Of a stretch of 64,000 bases of DNA, positions 1-12,442 are shown piece by piece. The notes beneath the pieces were generated by a model. It had not been told where the DNA came from and made no database searches. It saw nothing but the letters and a program-made list of their open reading frames with translations. The stretch comes from Mayamaea pseudoterrestris. Lineage: Eukaryota. The stretch covers positions 2,046,001 through 2,110,000 of the forward strand of contig BROI01000001.1 in NCBI GenBank assembly GCA_027923505.1, written 5' to 3'. Position numbers and translations under genes: made by a program. Numbering within the stretch: position 1 is the first letter of the stretch; each line of letters opens with the position of its first letter.

Positions 1-567
1 GTGCATCCATGATGCTTGGGTTGCAGCCATGACGTTTCGCGTCGACCAGCGCAAGGACGTAATGGCTGGAAGATTTGGATTCATCGAGCGCCACGTTTGA
101 TTCAAGGTGATATTCTGCTGCTCCAGAAACTTGCCGAGCTCAAAATAGACACAAGGAGACTCGGGATGACTGCAGTTGAACATATGGCGGCGTTGGCTGT
201 TTGTGAGACTCTTGTCGACGAGACTTTTTTGTCGAGAGATGCTCGTCGTTCCTTTCGAGCTTGTAGACAGCTGCATATATTGCAAGCTTGCAAAACTTGC
301 GACAAGAACTAGACATACTATGACTGACAAACCAAACCGAAATAGTCTCATGGAAGCTAATAGTCAAGCTGTTCAATCATGGCATGACAGCGTGGACCGA
401 TCATCCAATGCGGAAAAACTGTCAGGCAAGTATGAGTACCGTAAAGACCTGATGACGTTTTCCATCGAATTGCCTTCCGTTGACTTTGAAATTTGAAATT
501 CGACACAAACGATGTGCGCGCAATTGAACCCTACAGTACACTTGACACCACTTGATCGATCCAAAGC

Positions 568-1409
568 ATGACCATGGTGCTTGGAACAAGAGGAATGTAA
601 GTTAGAAAGTGCAAAAGGTTAAAAGCTAGAGTGCTGCCGCGTGCGAAGCGAGATTTCCGCAATCTTTGTCATCGTCATTGTCCGGCAAGTAGAAGGCTCT
701 CACCGCTCACCGCTCGCCCCTCACTGCTTGCCGTGATGCCAACAGAAAGTTGGTTGCTGCTCTTGGTTGTTCTATTGCGTATGCCTTTACACTATTTGGA
801 AGTTTCAGCCGACAGTCATTCAACTTGAAGCTTGGCGTCGGCGAGGAGCAGGAAATTGAACTGACGATACACTTTGGCTACCACGGCTACTGCATCGATC
901 ATCCTAGCGTAGGATGCACCAACTATGCCAACGATGAAGCAATACTTCAGCCAATCGACGAGGAGTTGCTTCTTCAAGTGGGACAGTACTTGTCGTACGC
1001 TTCCATTGGATTGGGTTTCATAGCAATGTCCTTCATCGGTATGAGCCTCTTGGTTGATTTTAAACGAAAAACGCACGTCATATGGGGCATGCTGTTGGGA
1101 ATGACACTTCCACTGTCTTCGTTCGGAGTAAGTTCATTGGCATATGCCTTTACTGACTGCATCAACCAAGACGATCCTTCGCAGTTTCGTTGTCGACCAG
1201 GTTTGGGCAGCATTCTCGCATTCGCGGGAGGTGTCCTGTATTTTGTCACTACTTGCATCCTTTGCTGCTGCTGCATCTCACAGCCCGTTTTGGAGGAGGT
1301 ACGATTTCAAAATGGACCCAAAGTGGAAGAGGAAGCTGGGTCCGTCCTTGATTCGACAACCTCGGAGCCTTGCGCGGAAAGCAGCATATCGTCACGGTCC
1401 GAGGAATAA
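568..1409 (+). CDS. Claudin/tetraspan-like 4-TM membrane protein (2 exons; intron 597-745)
   Basis: ATG at 568/574. GTAAGT donor at 597 and AACAG acceptor at 745 join in frame (…TRGI|KLVAALG…) to the 750-1409 ORF. Four hydrophobic segments, a G-Y-H-G-Y-C…C first loop and a Cys-rich juxtamembrane segment (ILCCCCI). Confidence 0.65.
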
Positions 1410-2133
1410 GGGTCAACGGCGTTCTTTGAAATAATAGATATATATGTAAGAATGGAATGTAAAGTATATGTTGACTGCTCAACCGGTTAAGCTAGCTAAT
1501 TCGGCAAACGATACTCGGACTTTCGCACACATCGAACTCGCGCTGGTTCAATCATGAGTGTGGTACTTCGATTCTTTCCTTTAGCGTCTTGACTAACATT
1601 TCTCCAGTACCGCGCATAAACATCATTGCAGGTCAGGAGTCAAGTGATCAAGCGATACATAGGACGATGGCAAAAAATGGATCGATGCAAAGCGTCGAGA
1701 CGGGACCAGTTCTGGGCGTCGGCGTCATCATGAAAAGTCGAAATGACTCATTCAATGACTGCAGTCGTGCATTCTAATCATGCGCCCAAAAATTTGGAGT
1801 TGTGACCAAAAGCATTGGCGGTTGCAGTAGCAGCCGCATCGAAACAGCATGACGATGGCATGACGAAGACGACCTCTCTCTCACACAGGTTTGTTCATTG
1901 GCATGAGCAGTCCGTCTAAAATTCACTTATTGTCGAGAGAGTGGGACAGACAATAGCATTGAGGCTGCAAGGAACGAGGCGGTAGCGCAAATAGGTCAAC
2001 CCTCACTGATTAGGCAGCTCGTCGCCCTACGTCAAACGACCCTTCTTTCTTTGACTTTTCCGAAAGGTCGAGAGAGACTGTTGCATATATCAGCCACCAA
2101 GTCTTTGTTTTTAGTGGACTCATATATACCACG

Positions 2134-4789
2134 ATGCGAAACGTCGCTTGCATTCTATTCCCTGCCATCGCTTCCATTTCCTTCACGTCAGCAGCAACTC
2201 GATGCCCTGCCAACAAAGACATTTCAAAAAAGTATCTCAAAGCTGTCAAGTCGTCCAAAACCAATGTATTTTATCCATCTGCATATTTTGTTGGATCTGC
2301 CGCCAAGTTTGTCAGTGCCACTGGCTTGAAGGAGCTTAACCAGCCACAACTTTGCGTCGACGGCGCCACTGTTTCCACCAAGATTGCCTTATATGACGAC
2401 GGCACTCATGGAGACGACGTTGCCAATGATGGTATATATTCTCGTGGCTGTGTCCATTTTTGCGAAAAGATTGTTAATCTTGGTGATATTTGGAACTTTG
2501 CCTACCAACAAAACTTTAACATGGCCGACCTGACCGTGGTTGATGCGTCCTTGAAGGGCAAGATTCCGCATCACGTTGTTCGGTCGCCAAAGTATCCAAA
2601 GGCAAGGATATATGTGACATCGCATGCGGCCTTCTTTGTGGATGATCAGCGCTACTACATGCCGACATGGCCGCTTGATTTTGTAAGTGCCGTTGAGTGT
2701 TGTGAACATTGTAGAACGCTTTTCGCCACGAGCCCTTGCCCTCGTGATTTTGCCTCACCGCCTGCCTTCTTTAACAAATCCAGGTATGGGACTATGCGGG
2801 TGCCAGGAACGTGGCAGTCTCTGCAATCCTCGATATTTTTGGTGACGTCTTTGACTGGTTTAGCATGACATCCTTCGATTTTAATTTCCGCTATTGTGCG
2901 GCGTGCAAGGCTATTCCTGGCGCATACAATATCAAGTATCATGGATGGGAACGTGTTGGAGGTGCTACGGCGTTCCGTAGGCCCGGAGAACTTAGCGACT
3001 GTGACTTTGCCATGACAGGATTCCCCATTCTCCGCATGGTGGGAGGCGTCAGTAATGAAGACATGTTAACCGAGTTCCTTGGCCAGATACATGAATGGCT
3101 GCATGGGGCGGCTGGCTTTAGCTACCAACGATATTTAACAAATGCGAGGAAGGGCGATGGGATGCATGTGCCAGGCACTTGCACGTCTGACCACAGCCAG
3201 CTACAAGGACCACTCTGGGACTGGATTCAGGGATATCCTACATCTGTTCCACTGTCGTATTGCGATGGTATTCCAAACTGCTACGAGAAGGCATATGATT
3301 TGGTTCGACTGCAACCAAACGCCGACTGTAATACATGTCCGGACTCGACACTTTCAACCTGCTGCTCCTTTCGGTACGAAGACGCCATTAATACGCGAGA
3401 GCTAATGCTAAGCAAGCCTGAGCTCTACCAGGCTTCGCCGTTACTGCAGTATATTGCTGGCGTTCTACCATATGAGAGTATACCAGCAAATAAAAAGACA
3501 TATTACTGTATGGGAAGTGATACTGACTCAGGTTGCGGCCCAAATAAACCGGCAGGGCCCTGTACGACGATCCCGGTGAACGACAAGGACCGTTCACGCG
3601 TGACATCAACTTTTGTGACGCGGTACACTTTGGACGAGTTAATCGGAAGTGTCGGTGGTCGTCGAGATCCTCCATTTAGGAAGGAGCAAGCCTTCCGAAG
3701 TGCTCCCATCCTCATTGGTCAACGACCTCCAGCAGAGGCCGAAATGGTATTCTGGACGCATTACTGGAGATACCAAGAGCAGGAGAAAAATCCTTGGACT
3801 AGAGTTCCTAATACCTTTGGCACCCGTCGAGTCCCGCTGGTAACGTGGTCGTATACGACGAATGGTAGATCAACGGTCCATTCGAGGTTTCACGGTGTGC
3901 CATGCGGAGGAGGTCTGCAGGTACAAAGCTGCAGTACCGACAGAACCGTTTGTGATGGATTTCGTTGCGGCAAGGATGCAACATGTTACCCATATGACGG
4001 CAGACCATTGTGTGTCTGTAACGATGGTTTTTGGGGCGACGGCAATCTTTGCCAGCGGCCAGGTGTTTCCGAGTCATACGACAAAATATATCCATATCTG
4101 TGGAGTGCGCATGAGCTCTTCTACAACGGCGATGCAGAATACTACCCCAAGTATACCGTCAAGCAGTGGTGCTATGGTGACCAAGTCGACTGGCCTGCTC
4201 GCTTCTCGCCAGCCAGAATCGCTCCTTACCCGGGAGGATTGCCCCAATATGCGCTCATGGGCTGCGGAACTACAGTTTGTACATTGGCAGAGCGTTGCTC
4301 TCAAGGTGTTTGTGTTCCGCTTAAACAGCCGGTCCCAACGCGAAGGCCAACAAAGGCTCCAACGCGGAACCCAACAGCTCATCCGACGTCAAGTAATTTC
4401 CCCTCGTCAGTGCCCAGCGTCTCGTCGCGTCCCTCATTGAGTGCTTCGCCGTCAGCGACACGAGTAACCTTTACAGCCAGCTTTCGAATGGCCTCAAGGG
4501 CTGCGGCTCAGTCCAAGAGACAATGTGGATGTAAGGCTCGCTCCGACACCCGTGCCAGTCGTCGGGACCATGCTCAATGCATCAAGCAGATCACAAACAA
4601 CGTAAGTAACAGGTTGATGAAAAGCCGGTATAGTCGTCTCTGTCATCTAACTCAAAGATGCCTATGTTGCGGTTCCTCCTTTAGTTTCTGCGAGCAGATT
4701 TGCAAGCTGGAACCATTAGATCCAAAGACCAGGACGCTTGGATGGCCAAATTCAATCGGAAACTAAAAAAGACTTGTCGCCGCAAATGA
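2134..4789 (+). CDS. Secreted putative zinc metalloprotease, copy 1: signal peptide, choice-of-anchor-X-like motif, HExxH domain, EGF, P/T/S stalk, basic C-terminus (introns 2683-2783, 4602-4684)
   Basis: Splicing joins ORFs 2134 and 2811 (WPLDF|VWDYAGARNV) and adds a last exon FLRADLQAG…TCRRK*. Motifs LYDDGTHGDDVANDGIYS, HEWLH (3090-3104) and CDGFRCGKDATC…CVCNDGFWGDGNLC (EGF). Confidence 0.8.
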
Positions 4790-5721
4790 TGCGACGTTAA
4801 CAAAGCTTATGCGAGTCTTACCCGCCCATATGTACGTTAAATTGAAAGATCAGAGTATATTAAATGAAAAGTTTGTAGAGTTACAGTTAAACTTTATTCC
4901 GCTGATAACCCATCATTCTCGTACAAGTCTGCGCGACTAGTCGAACCATGCCAAGCTCCATGTACTGTACAGCTGTACGCCCTGATTGCGGCCCACTTGC
5001 AAGATTTAGTAACGTGGCTGGCATACAGGCTTGCGAAACTGTGACCGGCTGCCCTTTCGGCGCTTCGTCCGCAGCGGGCCTGGGTGCGGCAATGGAGCTA
5101 CCGTGGCGCGAATCATCAGCTCGAGAGTTGCAGCTGGATCGCGCATCGTTGGTATGATAATGACACGAACATATTGTAGATCAATAATCGAAGCATTAAG
5201 CATGCAAGCATCGTCGAGCCAGTAAACTTGTAGTTTGTGAAATACATTAGGTGAGCAGGATGAGTACTCCGCCTCAAAAATTTGGTACGATTGAAATACT
5301 CCCTAAGGAACAAACTGACTCCGTTTTCATGACGAACTGACATTTTCGGCCAGTGTGCATTGGTTTGCTCCGTGGCGGTCGAATTCGAGCTGTTTGTGTT
5401 TCATCGAATGTGTGTCGCTGTCCGTTGAGCGCAAGGGAGTCACACACATACAAACCAAAAGTTCGATTCGACAATGGTGCAGTCATCATGAAAGGACTCC
5501 GCGCACCACCCTTCAAGCACGACCAGAGACTCTTACAACCTGCAAAAGACTCTCCATTCAGGCACCTGCTTACGAGACCAAAGTCACTGTCAAGTTAAGC
5601 TTAGATCCCTAGGTTCAGACTCGGCACACTTTGTTTTAGTTGAAGTTGCTTCGTTTTTGCCTCTCCTGGTGTCGTCGTGTCGACTATACCTCGAACGAAG
5701 CAACAAAGCGGACCGACAACT

Positions 5722-8357
5722 ATGCCATCAATCTGCCGTTACCGCCAGACAATCCTCTTCATAATCTTGCTACAATTACTACAGTCTTCTTCTATATCTG
5801 CCACAACAACATGTCCACTTCCTCAAGCAATCTCTGCCAATTTCCTTCAAGCCATCAAGCCAACCAAAACCAACGTCTTTGTTCCATCCGCCTACTTTTT
5901 TGGAAGCGCCGTGAAATTTATCAGCGCCACAAACCTCACCAGTTACTCTCACAATATGCTTTGCGTCGATGGGGGCACCACTCCCACACGCTTCACTCTC
6001 TACGACGACGGAACCCACGGCGACGATGTTGCCGGCGACGGCTTGTACACTCGCGCCTGCGTTCACTACTGCCAATCCTTCGTTGACTATTCCGACATTT
6101 GGAACTTTGCCTATCAGCAAACAATTGAGAGTGCCGATCTCATTGTCGTACGACCCGATTTGCAGAACCAAATACCCTACCATGTCATTCAAAGTCCAAA
6201 ATACCCCAAGGCAACCATTTACGCAACCTCGCATGCCGTCTTTTTCGTGGACGATCAGCGCTACTACTGGCCTAATTGGCCTCTTGAATATGTGAGCGAA
6301 AAAAGCATTGCAAGCGTCGTCAATCGTAAACTCCATCTCACATCGTCTCCTTGTTATACAGGTCTGGGACTATGCTGGCGCACGCAATGTGGCCGTATCG
6401 GCCATTTTGGACATTTTCGGAGACGTGTTCGACTGGTTCAGCATGACACCTTTTGACTTTAACCAGCAGTACTGCGCTGCCTGCAAGGCAATTCCTGGCT
6501 TTTACAATGTCAAGTACCATGGATGGGAGCGCATCGGAGGAGCCACCGCCTTTCGAAGACCCGGCGAGTTAAGTGACTGTGATTTTGCCATGACGGGCTT
6601 TCCCATATTGCGCATGGTGGGCGGTGTGAGCAATGAAGACATGGTGACAGAGTTTCTGGGGCAAATACACGAGTGGCTGCATGGGGCGGCTGGGTTCAGC
6701 TATCAACGTTCGTCCCCGACCAAGGCGAGGGCTGGTGACGGAATGCATGTCCCAGGCAGCTGCACATCAGACCATTCGCAGCTACAAGGTCCTCTCTGGG
6801 ACTGGGTCAAGGGTTACCCAACGCCCGTACCCGTCTCCTACTGTGTTGGAGTCGCCAACTGTCATGAAAAGGCCTACGATTTGGTGCGGTTGGAGGCTAA
6901 TACGGACTGCAGCACTTGCCCAACAGAAAACCTTGCCTCTTGTTGCTCCTTCCGGTACGAGGATGCCATTAACTCGCGGGAGTTCATGTTGAGCAAACCA
7001 AATATATTTCAAGCATCTCCACTACTGCAGTACATTGCTGGTGTCTTGCCGTACAGTGAATTTCCATCAGACAAAAAGACTTATTACTGCATGGGCAGCG
7101 ATACTGACAGTGGATGCGGTCTCAACAAACCGCAGGGCAACTGCACCGTTCCGGTGAACGATGCAGATCGGTCGCGGGTCACCTCCTCATTCGTGCAACG
7201 ATATACTTTGGAAGACTTGATTCAGGGTGTTGGAGGATTCCGAGACCCGCCGTCTAGGAGGGAGAGGGACTTTCGCAGTGCACCCATTCACCTTGGTCAA
7301 CGCGCGCCTTCTGAAGCTGAAATGGTATTTCGGACGCTATTTTGGAGAAATCAAGAGGAGCAGAGTGAACCATGGACAAGAAAACCAAACACGTTCAACA
7401 CGCGACGCGTTCCACTTGTAACGTGGTTGTACATGACCAATGGCCGCTCAACCGTACATTCCAAGTTGCACGGAATCCCCTGCGGGGGTGGGCTTCAAGT
7501 GAAGAGCTGTATCAATGATCAAACGGTGTGCGACAAGTTTGTTTGTGGGGCAAATGCGGCATGCTATCCATACGATGGACGGCCTCTCTGCGTTTGCAAT
7601 GACGGATTTTGGGGAGACGGTAACCTTTGTTTAAATCCCAGTGTGCCTGCAGCGTATCCTAAGATTTTTCCATATTTGTGGAGCGCTCACGAGCTATACG
7701 TTAATGGAACGAAAGCGCAGTACTACCCGAAATATACGGTTAAACAATGGTGCTACCCTGACAATGTCGACTGGCCTGCCCGGATACCAGAGTCTGAAAT
7801 CGCGCCGTACCCTGGAGGTTTGCCCCAGTATGGGCTGAACGGTTGCGGAAGCACATTATGCACTCTTTCAGAACGCTGCTACCAGGGTGGATGCTTCCCG
7901 CTCGGACCGACGACGTCGCCCACAAGACCACCAGTAGCAACGCGTCAACCGACGACGCAAAGTCCTTCCTCTTTTACTCTTCAAAAGGTACCTGCAACTA
8001 CGCAAGCACCTAGCAGTCAGGCTCAGGCACCTTCGCCTTTCAAGCCCTTGTTTAATAAGGTTGTGAGAGCAGCTAAAAGCGCAAAGATTAAGTGCGGTTG
8101 TACGCCGAGTGCTGCGACTAACTTGGCCGCGAAGAAGCGAACTCGATGTATTACTCGTATAGTCAACAAGGTACGCAATTATGCAGCAAGCCTTGAAATT
8201 AAATTGTTGCAACCGAAACGACTTACATAAATTTTCTTCTTGAACTTTGCACCTTTAGTTTTTCGATTTAGACCTTACATCAGGAAACGTGAGACTAGAG
8301 GACAAGGACGGTTGGACGCAGGCATTTAACCAAGAGTTGCAGCAAAGATGCTCTTAA
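5722..8357 (+). CDS. Secreted putative zinc metalloprotease, copy 2 (tandem paralogue; introns 6292-6361, 8171-8258)
   Basis: Collinear with copy 1, with long identical peptide stretches and the same two intron positions. Carries LYDDGTHGDDVAGDGLYT, HEWLH (6668-6682) and an EGF domain. Last exon FFDLDLTSG…QQRCS*. Confidence 0.8.
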
Positions 8358-8555
8358 AGTAATAGCGCACCTTGATTTATAATTACAAATAAATAGGCTA
8401 TCTGCCATTGCTGCTAGTTACGCCGCCCACGCGCCGCCTCTCTATCCGCTCAAATTGCTGTCGGCGATGGGCATTTTTTCGGTGTCGGCAGTTCAGTCAG
8501 TGACGAGGAAGGACTTCAAAAACAGAATAAACAGTAGGGCGAACCAGTCGATTTT

Positions 8556-9861
8556 CTAATAAAGACTGGGCGATGCAGCGAATAAACTAACGGTGGGCCC
8601 TAACCCCGTCGGGTTCGAAAGTGCCGGCGGCGAAGAGTCTATTGCCGTCGGCTCCGACGACCGTGGCGAAGGGCGAAACGAGTCAACATTCGTTGGCGGC
8701 TCTCCTGAAGTCGGAGATATTTGGGGCGCTCCAGTCGTAGGCCTGTTCGTTCCAGAAGTTATTGGCTAAGCAATGATGATTTCGTGAGATGAAAATCGCC
8801 TTCGGTACTTTCGTCTATCAAAAAGGTCTTCAACTTACCGGGCGACTGTCGATCGAGGTTGGCGCGGGTGTTCCTGCATTTGATGGTGCAAAAGTTTCTC
8901 CAGTGCTTGGTCTTACTTCAAGATCCGCAGTTTGTGAGAAGGGGTTGTTACTTTGCAGCGCGGTTTGCAAATTGGCAACCAAACCGTCGCCGTCGAGAGT
9001 GAGCGCTAAGGTAATGGCTTTATCGACGCTCATTCGGTCCTGCTGCCGGCCTATAAACGTGACAGATAAGACATAGCCAATCGACAAAGGATCGGACCTA
9101 AATGTAGTAGCTGTACTCCCGACAGCGGAAACGTCAATGCCTCGCTGTTGGAAGTATGTGATAATGTAGTCTCGCAGATAATCAATTGTCACTAAGGACG
9201 CCTGAACATAATCGTCTGTTGTCTGCAGTCTCCTGCCTTCAGCAAGCCGTCTTGGCACAATATACTCAATGTCAAAAGGGGTTGCTGCAGTGATTGGTCT
9301 GGTCGTTGGAGAGGCAGTCGGTCGCTTCGCCGATGGAGTTAACGGACTGGGTCTGCTAGGTTTCGTTGGAACGGGGTCGACGAATGTGCCTTTGCTGACC
9401 TTCGACATTCCTTTGACCTTCGACATTCCTTTGACCTTTTTGCCCCCTATTTTGGGGTTCCTTGCAATCGTTTCTCGACTATCTGTAGATCCTTTTGGCG
9501 TTTTGGTTGTTGCAACTGGACTCACTATTCGTTTCAGCGACTTGCTATCTCTTCTTGCTGAAAAGTCATTGACGGCGGACATGTTTTGCGAATGTCGCCT
9601 TTGCCGACGAGTAGCTTGCCTAGATGAAGACACTTCGATCACATGCTGCAAAGAACTTCGTTTCACCTTGAGCTCTCCCGTGACAATATTTTTGCTCATT
9701 GTCGCAGAAATCGTTTTCAATTGACGATCACTCGTCGATGTCCCAGCTCCATTTTGCCCGCGGACTGTAGTTCGATGGATGCCATTCTGTGCAAAGAGTG
9801 GAGTAATCCAGCAAGCAATGACCAACAGCATTGGTGCGGCTACTCGGATGTGTCTTCTCAT
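8556..9861 (-). CDS. Secreted RXL-motif, Lys-rich, mucin-like protein with a probable SEA-like globular domain (intron 8766-8838; 3' end uncertain)
   Basis: Signal peptide (MLLVIACWITPLFAQ), RQL/RRL/RRLQ motifs, KVKGMSKVKGMSKVSKG repeat and PT-rich linkers. GTAAGT donor at 8838 and TTAG acceptor at 8766 continue into a P/T/S-rich exon. Confidence 0.65.
9395..9437. repeat. 18-bp tandem repeat (about 2.4 copies) encoding KVKGMS units on the minus strand
   Basis: TGACCTTCGACATTCCTT repeated directly in the sequence. Confidence 0.85.
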
Positions 9862-10198
9862 TGATGGTGTCAGAATAATTCAGTAAATTTGGATCTTTCT
9901 CGTTGTTGACCAAAACTTTTCGTTTGTTGCTCACGCCTTGGGTTTTAACTTGGCATTGGATCCATGTCTTGCGGGATGGACAAACCAAGGTCGTGCGGGC
10001 ACTTTCACTGCATTGTCCATGACCCAACGGTCGAGTCATTTACGAAACGTCAAGACATCGCACAGGTTTTGTTTGCAAACCTCGCACGCAGCGAATCGCA
10101 TCGGTTTTGCTCACCTAATCGTCGCCGCTGCCACGGAAATTGCAAAGCTTGATGAACGTACAACCAAAATCAGGCAGCCAACCGGTATCAGCGATACT

Positions 10199-10657
10199 AT
10201 GTCTTCATTATCGTCTACCGAGACTACACAGACGGCGATTCGTCAGTACAATGAGCTGATCCAGGAACAGCAACAACTCGCACAGAAAATATCGGAATTC
10301 GAAATGGACCGTCACGAACACCAGCTTGTGGAGGAAACACTCACGCCGCTTGATCCAAGCCGAAGAGCCTATCGACTTGTCGGCGAAGTGTTGGTCGAGC
10401 GCACCGTTGAGGAAGTGTTACCGTCAGTGAAGAAAAACTTGGATAATGTAAGCATGCAGTGCGACTATGCCGGGCATGTCACGCGTCACTGTACACTCTC
10501 ATCATTTCATTCTGTTGTCCATATTGTCTTGCAAACACTATCCTGTCTGCAGATTGATACTACAATAATGATGATGAAGAAGAAGCTACAGGAATCTGCC
10601 AAGGAAGCAGCAGAAGTTAAAACAAAGTACAATTTACAGACAGAACCTGCACGATAA
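10199..10657 (+). CDS. PFDN2: Prefoldin subunit 2 (intron 10448-10552)
   Basis: LAQKISEFEMDRHEHQLVEETL…RRAYRLVGEVLVERTVEEVLP is typical of prefoldin beta subunit 2. There is an in-frame 105-nt GTAAGC…CTGCAG intron. Confidence 0.9.
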   Translation: MSSLSSTETTQTAIRQYNELIQEQQQLAQKISEFEMDRHEHQLVEETLTPLDPSRRAYRLVGEVLVERTVEEVLPSVKKNLDNVSMQCDYAGHVTRHCTLSSFHSVVHIVLQTLSCLQIDTTIMMMKKKLQESAKEAAEVKTKYNLQTEPAR

Positions 10658-11233
10658 GCTTGAAACTACCGCTAATTGTGCGCTAAGGAAATAACCTCTT
10701 TTTGCTTTCACTTTGCGTCACGAAGAACCCATTTGCTCGCTCCATTAGCTCCAGTAGTTTGTCGTTATCTTTCTGCGTTTATCCTTGCTGTCCGATGCGT
10801 TCACAGACATGCACTCGCGATAGTCGCGTTCCATGTCATGCTCATCCAATTCAAACATTAACATTTGTCGCAATTGTTGGGACACTTGCTAGACACGACG
10901 CCAATTCGATGATGGAGCAGTCCGACAAGCTACGACCGAGCCAGCTACCTTGTCAAATTGTAAGGTCCAACGCAGCGTGCTTTGCGTGAGAATGGAGTCT
11001 CACGTTGCCGGTAAATCTTGCAACCTTCGCACCTCTATTGCCAGCCTCGTCAGCTGCATGAACGACTAGAAGATTAAATCGCTTTAAATTTAAAGTGTCA
11101 AGCAACACTCCCAACACTCCAACTGATTTGACGCTCCGGATGGTTGCAGTCGCGGCGCCACGGCGTCGCGCAGCATCGAGCAATTCCTCATTCTCTACAA
11201 ACCAACTACCGGTAGCAAATAATCACATCAACA

Positions 11234-12442
11234 ATGAAGTCGCCTCCTGCTGCTTTGGACGACAGCAATGTATCATACGACTCACTCGGTGTGGCATCCA
11301 CTGCTGTATGCGACGATCGGCAGAGGCAGACTGCCGCAAACGGTTTGCTGATGGATCACCCAAACCTTATTACCTACCACATTCTTTGCATGTCTTTGAA
11401 GCATCGCCCTTTCTTTTCAGCTGTTCGGCACATGCTCAACATGAATCCAAAAGCGGCTAACGTTCCCAAGGAAGGCCAGTCGGCGCTCCAGGTTGCCGTA
11501 CAGTACAATTGCAGCATTGATATTGTCGAGCTTTTGATTGCTGCGAATCCAATGGCGCTCGTGGTGACGGACCCAGAAACAAGTCTAGATCCGCTGGCGT
11601 ACGCCAAGCGCTATCGTCTAGACGACGGTGATTTGATCGAGCTGCTGAGTTGGCCAGTGTCTCACTGGCTCAATGATGCAAATGGCGACAAGGAAGAGGA
11701 TGGAATGCCGTCAAGCTGCAAGGACAAGGAGAACGCGTGTCCGAGCCTCTCGGAGTCGCAGCTCCGCCAACAGCTCCATTCGCCTCAACGCGCCGTCTCA
11801 AAAGAAGTTCGCTTTGCTCGCCAAGAGCTCAACAATGTCAAGGCGTTGTGTACATCAGCCGTTAAGGGGCAAAAACTGGAGACGCTTTCGTTTGAAGATT
11901 ATTTCCAGAAGCTTGAAAAGAGAAACGAGAAACTGGCGCAAGATCAGCGAAATGCGCTGGATATGATGGAGCAAGCTATGGTCACACACATGACATGGTT
12001 GGAGCAACGTTTCGAAACGGCTATTGAAGAAAAACTTAAGGCCGATTGCGCAAACGACGAGCTGCATCACGTGATGGGTCGGATGGAAACTGAATTGCGC
12101 CTCGTACAAGGGCGATTGGCGTGCCTTGAGCTTGACATGGCGCAAACGGTGTATAAGTTGGGGAGTCTGCACGATTGTCAAGGCTTGGAGACGTCTCGAA
12201 GCAATGTTTCGGGGCGCCAACATGTTCGAAAAGGTCGAGTAGTCACGCCTTCTCCCACTCCAGTCGTCTTTTGCTCTCGTCCAAACAAGACGCCGAAAAT
12301 CCTTGATGACGATGTCCGGTCATTGCTGTCGGAGGATGAGATTGTTCCGCGCGGTCGGCAGCTTTGTCTAAAGGCGAGCAAACAAGTCTCTCCGCTTGCG
12401 CGCATGGCGGTGCTTTTCAAGGAAGGAATCCTTGCGCAGTGA
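11234..12442 (+). CDS. Ankyrin-repeat-like plus coiled-coil hypothetical protein
   Basis: 402-aa ATG ORF with GQSALQVAVQYNCSIDIVELLIAANP (ankyrin-like), followed by heptad-rich E/K/L segments. Confidence 0.65.
   Translation: MKSPPAALDDSNVSYDSLGVASTAVCDDRQRQTAANGLLMDHPNLITYHILCMSLKHRPFFSAVRHMLNMNPKAANVPKEGQSALQVAVQYNCSIDIVELLIAANPMALVVTDPETSLDPLAYAKRYRLDDGDLIELLSWPVSHWLNDANGDKEEDGMPSSCKDKENACPSLSESQLRQQLHSPQRAVSKEVRFARQELNNVKALCTSAVKGQKLETLSFEDYFQKLEKRNEKLAQDQRNALDMMEQAMVTHMTWLEQRFETAIEEKLKADCANDELHHVMGRMETELRLVQGRLACLELDMAQTVYKLGSLHDCQGLETSRSNVSGRQHVRKGRVVTPSPTPVVFCSRPNKTPKILDDDVRSLLSEDEIVPRGRQLCLKASKQVSPLARMAVLFKEGILAQ

Noticed and set aside
16..312. HRAPRLIQGDILLL resembles the cellular RdRP R.P.LHPGDI motif
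   Set aside because: No downstream DLDGD, an in-frame stop at 10-12, and a short ORF. It cannot be supported.
4886..5157. Open frames between the two protease paralogues
   Set aside because: Short, with no motif or transposon signature (no TIR, LTR, or RT/transposase residues).
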